From: a virus
Virus record (IMG/VR): IMGVR_UViG_3300045988_152007
Coordinates: 1 to 60,474 of that record
DNA length: 60,474 nucleotides
Reading direction: 5' to 3' (one strand)
Shown in pieces: positions 55,454 to 60,474 of the stretch (its first letter is position 1; each line of letters begins with the position of its first letter). Made by a program: the position numbers and the translations under genes. The notes under the pieces were generated by a model. That model saw only the letters and a program-made list of their open reading frames with translations, had not been told where the DNA came from and made no database searches.

Positions 55454-56047
55454 TTACAAACAAGAAATAGAACCTTCCGGGGTAGTCAATTGTGCAGTTG
55501 CAGTATAATTATATTTAACAAGTTCAACAATACCATCCTCATTAACTACACACTTATAAATATGTTTAAGTTCAGCATCATTTTCAACCGTTTGCTTAAT
55601 AAGCTGGGCACTACTAATTGCCGCCTTACAAATTGCCTCTTGGCTTTCTTCTTTGAGTGTCTGACAATCTGCTTTCATAAGGTCACAAAATTCAAGACCC
55701 TTAAGCAGTTCTGCTTCCTGCATTGCTTTAGTTCTTTTATTTTCCCACCATTGGATAAATTTACGGTATTCCTTATAAGAACTAAAATACACATAAAATT
55801 TACTTTCACCAACAATATTTTTTTTACCAATTTTATAAGAAATGCTAGTATCACTAATACACCATTTATCAGGCTTAATAGCAGAGTATTTCATTACTTC
55901 ATCAAAGGTAAGCTCAACAGTTTTATCATGCCATCCAATGGCTTCCTTTTTAAAACGCTGATAATCTTCCCAATTCTTAAAATAGCTAAATACTATAAAA
56001 CAGATAATAGCAAATACAATAAAAATACCTAAAATAATTAAAAACAT
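55454..56047 (-). CDS. membrane-anchored hypothetical protein (197 aa)
   Basis: ORF track; N-terminal transmembrane helix. Confidence 0.6.
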   Translation of the reverse strand: MFLIILGIFIVFAIICFIVFSYFKNWEDYQRFKKEAIGWHDKTVELTFDEVMKYSAIKPDKWCISDTSISYKIGKKNIVGESKFYVYFSSYKEYRKFIQWWENKRTKAMQEAELLKGLEFCDLMKADCQTLKEESQEAICKAAISSAQLIKQTVENDAELKHIYKCVVNEDGIVELVKYNYTATAQLTTPEGSISCL

Positions 56048-56592
56048 TACTTATTATCCTCCTTCTTCTGTCGCAGATCATGGTCTTCGCCATCATAAAT
56101 TTCACGATATTTAGTAAACAGAGAGCCATCATTATAATAATATCTAATACTATTCCAACCATTATAATGATCAGTCAAATCAGGCCAATCTACAATACGT
56201 GCCTGCCGTTCAAGCTCCTGCTGCGGCACAACTCTATGTCTCTTGGAGTTCCATTCCTTTGAATTTTCTACACTAGCGATAATAACCATAAGCTGGTAGT
56301 TATCAAAATGAGGAAAACGGCTTCTGATTTCTTCTCTCTGTCCAAGAGTCAAACAATTAGTATCAATGATAATATCTGCCTTATCCATCTCTGCACAATG
56401 TACAATCTGATATAATGTCTGCCAAACTTCGAACTTATGACAGCGGTTGCATTCATCACCATTGAAGACAGCATACAATTCATCAGGGTTTACATACCGG
56501 ATGTGATTCATCTTTGCGAAGGATTTCGCGAATGTAGTCTTTCCATTTGCACTCAAGCCGCACATCATATATAGAGTCGCCATCAACTTCAT
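56047..56592 (-). CDS. P-loop NTPase, polynucleotide-kinase/zeta-toxin-like
   Basis: ORF track 181 aa; Walker A GLSANGKTT. Confidence 0.6.
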   Translation of the reverse strand: MKLMATLYMMCGLSANGKTTFAKSFAKMNHIRYVNPDELYAVFNGDECNRCHKFEVWQTLYQIVHCAEMDKADIIIDTNCLTLGQREEIRSRFPHFDNYQLMVIIASVENSKEWNSKRHRVVPQQELERQARIVDWPDLTDHYNGWNSIRYYYNDGSLFTKYREIYDGEDHDLRQKKEDNK

Positions 56593-56911
56593 CTCCTCTC
56601 AGTCTGCTTGCCAATATATATTCTATATAGATAGAATCTACTGTTGGATTTTCTATTTTTTCTATACTAATTACATCTTCTTCAGTAGTAATTACAATAT
56701 AAAAATCATCAAAGCATTTAATTAATGCTTTATACCATTTATGACCATGCCAACACCAATAGTCTTCAAGAATAACTTGACCTGATTTAAGCAGAACATG
56801 GTATTTATGTAATGTGTCTTCTTTTTTAATACGACCCATTAAATAATCCATTTGATTAAATACAAAAGGATTGCCTGGACCAGACATTACCTTGCTCATG
56901 TCAAATTCCAA
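56483..56911 (-). CDS. hypothetical protein (142 aa); 3' part overlaps the next gene by ~110 nt
   Basis: ORF track. Confidence 0.4.
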   Translation of the reverse strand: MEFDMSKVMSGPGNPFVFNQMDYLMGRIKKEDTLHKYHVLLKSGQVILEDYWCWHGHKWYKALIKCFDDFYIVITTEEDVISIEKIENPTVDSIYIEYILASRLRGDEVDGDSIYDVRLECKWKDYIREILRKDESHPVCKP

Positions 56912-57177
56912 TTACTCAATTCAATCCTCTCATTATAACTTTTCTTGTCAGAAATCGGCTCACAAAAAATAACTATTCCATTACGCATCCAATCTGCATA
57001 AACCATATCATCCCAAAGGATTATACGCAAACGATAATAATTCCCATTCTCTTCACTCTGTAAATCAATAGCAATCTTACCATATTTAAGAGCATTAGAA
57101 TGCTTTTCATTAACCATATGTTGATAAACTTCTTCAGCATATGCATCAAATATATCCATCCAATTATCCAACTTCAC
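56896..57177 (-). CDS. hypothetical protein (93 aa)
   Basis: ORF track. Confidence 0.5.
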   Translation of the reverse strand: MKLDNWMDIFDAYAEEVYQHMVNEKHSNALKYGKIAIDLQSEENGNYYRLRIILWDDMVYADWMRNGIVIFCEPISDKKSYNERIELSNWNLT

Positions 57178-57874
57178 TACACCTCGTCAAATAAGTAATT
57201 TTCTGCTTCTGGTAAGTTCCAAGAGACTTAATAGTTCCCTTAATAGTAAGTTCCTTACCAATTTCCCAATTCTTGGCGGCTGTACTCCAGCAGTACAGAT
57301 TCTCATTGGCATCAATAAACGTCATAATATGATTAACACCATAGTAATTTTCTGCTTCAATGTTTTTAATTACTTTTACATCACGTTCAATCTTATCGCC
57401 AACTTCACCCTGATAACGACTATTGCCTTCATCATAAATAAGATTTTCAACTACCTTATTAATAACAGCATTATCTTTCAGAGTGCCGTCGTCATTACCT
57501 ACGAGTTCCCAAGGCAGCTGCACGGGCGTAATACCTTCCGGCACATCGGCAGGAACTTCTTCGGTAGAAACAACATACCACTTGAACGTAGTGTGGAAAC
57601 GGGCATTAGAATGTTCAAACCATTCAAGATTTTCATAAGTATTACCTTTAAACAGGGTAATATATCCATTATCAAAACCAAGAATATGCTTACGATTACC
57701 AGGTTTAATAATTTTTACAGGAGGATAATAGCGGTCATACTCTGACTGGGTGTAGCTCTTGACCTTCTTGACCTTGCCATCCTTGGTCCGCACATCACAA
57801 TAACGCTTGCCATTTTCAATATAAGTATCACGGACAATTTCCAAATCCTGATAAGATTTAGCAACAAGAGCCAT
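57164..57874 (-). CDS. hypothetical protein (236 aa)
   Basis: ORF track. Confidence 0.6.
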   Translation of the reverse strand: MALVAKSYQDLEIVRDTYIENGKRYCDVRTKDGKVKKVKSYTQSEYDRYYPPVKIIKPGNRKHILGFDNGYITLFKGNTYENLEWFEHSNARFHTTFKWYVVSTEEVPADVPEGITPVQLPWELVGNDDGTLKDNAVINKVVENLIYDEGNSRYQGEVGDKIERDVKVIKNIEAENYYGVNHIMTFIDANENLYCWSTAAKNWEIGKELTIKGTIKSLGTYQKQKITYLTRCSEVG

Positions 57875-58068
57875 TATCTGTCACCCTCCTCAAAAAGCTG
57901 CTTATAAAGAATATCAAGAGCCATGTCAATTTCTTCCGCTTCAGCATTGTCAATATACTCATAATTACTTACACAGAGATCAACGACCTTATTATAAGCA
58001 TTGACAACTTCTTCGTTTCTAATCTTGTCCATAGTATCGTCTCCTTTAAAATTCTTTATATCTCTCAT
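57874..58068 (-). CDS. small acidic hypothetical protein (64 aa)
   Basis: ORF track. Confidence 0.45.
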   Translation of the reverse strand: MRDIKNFKGDDTMDKIRNEEVVNAYNKVVDLCVSNYEYIDNAEAEEIDMALDILYKQLFEEGDR

Positions 58069-58111
58069 TTCTTTATATATATATTTTATAATATTTTTTT
58101 ATAAAAATAAA

Positions 58112-58138
58112 AGAGGAGTCTCTTATCAAGACTCCTCT
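58112..58138 (-). terminator. hairpin AGAGGAGTC-TCTTATCAAG-ACTCCTCT
   Basis: Seen directly; overlaps the 3' end of gene 58126..58536. Confidence 0.45.
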
Positions 58139-58536
58139 GTATAATCAATCAATTCAATTTCTGACCAAAATGGCTGCTCATACCAACTTGTCCAAGGATT
58201 ACTCCTATAGAACTGATGAATACGCACTTTTTCATTGAATTCTTTTACTTGAGTATAATACAATTCATTTACACCAACTCTTGAAGTTTCAAGGAAACTA
58301 TCATGGTGTTCTATCTGATAAACAATAACATCTCGTTCGGCTTCTACATTAGCACGGTCAATAGATGCAGTTGCTCTGTGGCATATAAAAGCAATTGTAC
58401 TAAATAATACTACAAGAGCAAGTATAAAGCCAATAGTAAATGGAAGAGCAGCCCAATCACTAAAATTATCACTCAAACATTTTGCAATGATAAAACAAAT
58501 TACGCCGATAACAATAGCCAACAAATACAATAACAT
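58126..58536 (-). CDS. membrane protein (136 aa)
   Basis: ORF track; two hydrophobic helices. Confidence 0.55.
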   Translation of the reverse strand: MLLYLLAIVIGVICFIIAKCLSDNFSDWAALPFTIGFILALVVLFSTIAFICHRATASIDRANVEAERDVIVYQIEHHDSFLETSRVGVNELYYTQVKEFNEKVRIHQFYRSNPWTSWYEQPFWSEIELIDYTEES

Positions 58537-58538
58537 AA

Positions 58539-58841
58539 TTATTCCTCCATTGTTCTGTAACCTTCAACATCTACATCAGCCATATCACTAATGTCGAAAT
58601 CATCATCATCTTCTGAAACATTATAGTCTGCCTTGGCGGCATCAATAAAATCTCCAATAGATGCACCATACCAATCCCAATTGTCAACGCCACCACAGTC
58701 TAATGCTTGAAGTCGCAAACTATCATAGAGCAAATCTTTTAGTTCATCTTTTGGAACAAGGCAATAAATCATATTAATACTTGGTTCCTTTCTTATAGTT
58801 ATAGAAATACAATCCACCAAGGACGACAATAGCAATAACAA
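58539..58841 (-). CDS. acidic hypothetical protein (100 aa)
   Basis: ORF track. Confidence 0.5.
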   Translation of the reverse strand: MLLLLSSLVDCISITIRKEPSINMIYCLVPKDELKDLLYDSLRLQALDCGGVDNWDWYGASIGDFIDAAKADYNVSEDDDDFDISDMADVDVEGYRTMEE

Positions 58842-58861
58842 GAATAATTACGGGGTCCATA

Positions 58862-60019
58862 TTAGTTCTCCTTTTTAAAATCAAAAATTGTTTTTAATTC
58901 TTCTACTTTATCAAGCTGTTCCCAAGGGCTATTACATTCAATACGACCAAAATGACCGAAGCAAGCATAGGGTAAATAGCGAGTATGTTTTAAATCAAAT
59001 TTATGAATAATACTACGCGGTGCAAAATCAAATGTCTGATTAACTGCTTCAAGAATTTCAGCGATAGGTTTCTTTTCTGTACCAAAACAATTAATATTAA
59101 TAGATACAGGTTCTGTCTGCCCAATAATATAAGCAACTTGAATCATACATTTATTACAAACACCAGAAGCTACAAGATTTTTAGCTACATAACGTGCCAT
59201 ATAAGCACCAGACCTATCTACTTTACAGGGCGACTTCCCTGAAAAACATCCCCCACCATGTGGAGCATAACCACCATATGTATCTACGACGATTTTACGT
59301 CCGGTTAATCCAATGTCAGCCGCAGGTCCACCAATTACGAATCTGCCTGTTGGGTTAATATAAAATTTACAATCTTTCTTAATGGCATAACCTTGAAGGG
59401 CAATATTACAAATGTTTGTAATATCGGGTGTTATTTCCTTAATACTATATTTGTCTTTGTGTTGGGCCGATACGACAATTGTATCTACCCCTTCAAAGTT
59501 GCCATCATCATCGTATTGGACAGTTATCTGACATTTGCCGTCAGGTAATGCCCAAGGTAGCAAATCATTTTTATACTTACTAAACATAATGACCGAGATA
59601 TTGTTAGCAAGTTGCTGGGCAATAGGCATATAATTTTCTGTTTCGTTAGTTGCATAACCAAACATCATGCCTTGATCTCCAGCACCATCCCTATCGACAC
59701 CCGCAGCGATGTCAGGGGATTGATTTACTACATTAATAATATATGAACAAGTGTCGCAGTTAAATCCTGCTTCATCATTGTCATAACCAATAAATCTTAA
59801 AGTCTCTCTTGCAATTTCCTGATAAGGAATAGATTGTTCTGTTTTAGCTGTAATCTCTCCCATGATGTGGAAAAGACCTGGACTAATAGTACATTCACAA
59901 GCTACTCGTGCATCAGGGTCAAGCTGGAGGACATAATCCAGAATAGCATCACTTACCTAATCACAAACCTTATCAGGGTGACCGGCAAAAACGCTCTCAC
60001 TGGTAAATAAATAACTCAT
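58862..60019 (-). CDS. metK: S-adenosylmethionine synthetase (MetK), 385 aa, with an in-frame TAG at 59957-59959 at the conserved Gln
   Basis: ORF 58862..59863 carries GAGDQGMMFGYA, GGPAADIGLTGRKIVVDTYGG and GGGCFSGK.P.KVDRSGAY; the upstream frame through the TAG gives [28 protein letters not shown], the MetK N-terminus; GGAGG precedes ATG 60017-60019. Confidence 0.8.
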
Positions 60020-60047
60020 ATAATATTTCCTCCTTTATTATATAAAT

Positions 60048-60076
60048 ATTATATAATATTATTTTTTATTTTTCAA
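60048..60076 (-). promoter_or_regulatory. sigma70-type promoter TTGAAA-N17-TATAAT (minus strand) upstream of metK
   Basis: Motif family member. Confidence 0.6.
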
Positions 60077-60446
60077 TTTTTTCTGCCGATACTAAATAAC
60101 AATATTTATCAACATACTCTTGCTCACTCATATCTGATGGTTTATGAATAAATGCTAAATAATGTTTCAGCCGATCAATAGCTTTATCTACATTAAAATC
60201 TTCAGTAGCAAGATAACTTTCTGTTTCAGTATTACCTTGATAGTCGGCAACGATAATATTCCAGTATTCTTTTTTTCTGTTTTGATTTACTTTTTCTTTA
60301 GTATAATAGCAATGCTCTAAATAATTAACCATTGCCGCAGAATTATCATACTTATGTCCAAAAAAATTTTCAGCAATATCCAATAGAATACGATTAATAA
60401 ATGATTGAGTTATGGTATCTTTATCTATAAAAACTTCTTTTACCAT
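60066..60446 (-). CDS. hypothetical protein (126 aa)
   Basis: ORF track. Confidence 0.55.
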   Translation of the reverse strand: MVKEVFIDKDTITQSFINRILLDIAENFFGHKYDNSAAMVNYLEHCYYTKEKVNQNRKKEYWNIIVADYQGNTETESYLATEDFNVDKAIDRLKHYLAFIHKPSDMSEQEYVDKYCYLVSAEKIEK

Positions 60447-60474
60447 TTCATCTTTTGGTGTATAGAAGTTTAAA

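Noticed and set aside
1-60474. CRISPR arrays, rRNA genes, integrase/att sites, transposases
   Set aside because: No regularly spaced direct repeats, rRNA-like conserved blocks or recombinase ORFs were seen. The tRNA 3' halves were considered as attP candidates, but no integrase gene is present in the window.

Overview
This 60.5 kb window is AT-rich, and every gene is on the minus strand. It reads like part of a large tailed phage genome: HylP-type tail-fibre paralogs, many homing endonucleases, tRNA arrays and regularly spaced sigma70-consensus promoters. Coordinates were counted by hand from the printed sequence, so several may be off by 1 nt against the ORF track.

The dominant signal is amber (TAG) stop-codon reassignment, most likely TAG to Gln.
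- Dozens of genes are chopped by the ORF finder exactly at in-frame TAG codons.
- When TAG is read as sense, the frames stay open and rejoin conserved domains. Examples are the Q of the MetK 'PDKxxDQxSD' motif, the Q of the GIY-YIG 'GIYQI' motif, and a repeat protein whose repeats continue across a TAG (24741..27326).
- A suppressor tRNA with anticodon CUA is encoded at 2466..2540.

The window also contains at least four tRNA genes interrupted in the anticodon loop. One is a classical group I intron carrying an HNH endonuclease in tRNA-Leu(UAA). The other three are 441-479 nt insertions almost entirely filled by paralogous PD-(D/E)XK endonuclease ORFs. A further tRNA carries a 73-nt insertion.

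Several tRNAs have non-canonical architecture: a Sec-like fold with a UGA anticodon, a long variable arm with a CCA anticodon, and a type I tRNA with a UAG anticodon.

Other notable content:
- Two cassettes pair radical-SAM/SPASM enzymes with Cys-rich or Ser/Gly-rich small proteins and glycosyltransferases, a RiPP-like arrangement.
- A phage-encoded SAM synthetase (metK).
- A three-member paralog family with C-terminal CxxC zinc-ribbon repeats.
- About 14 near-identical TTGAAA-N17-TATAAT promoters, all firing on the minus strand.
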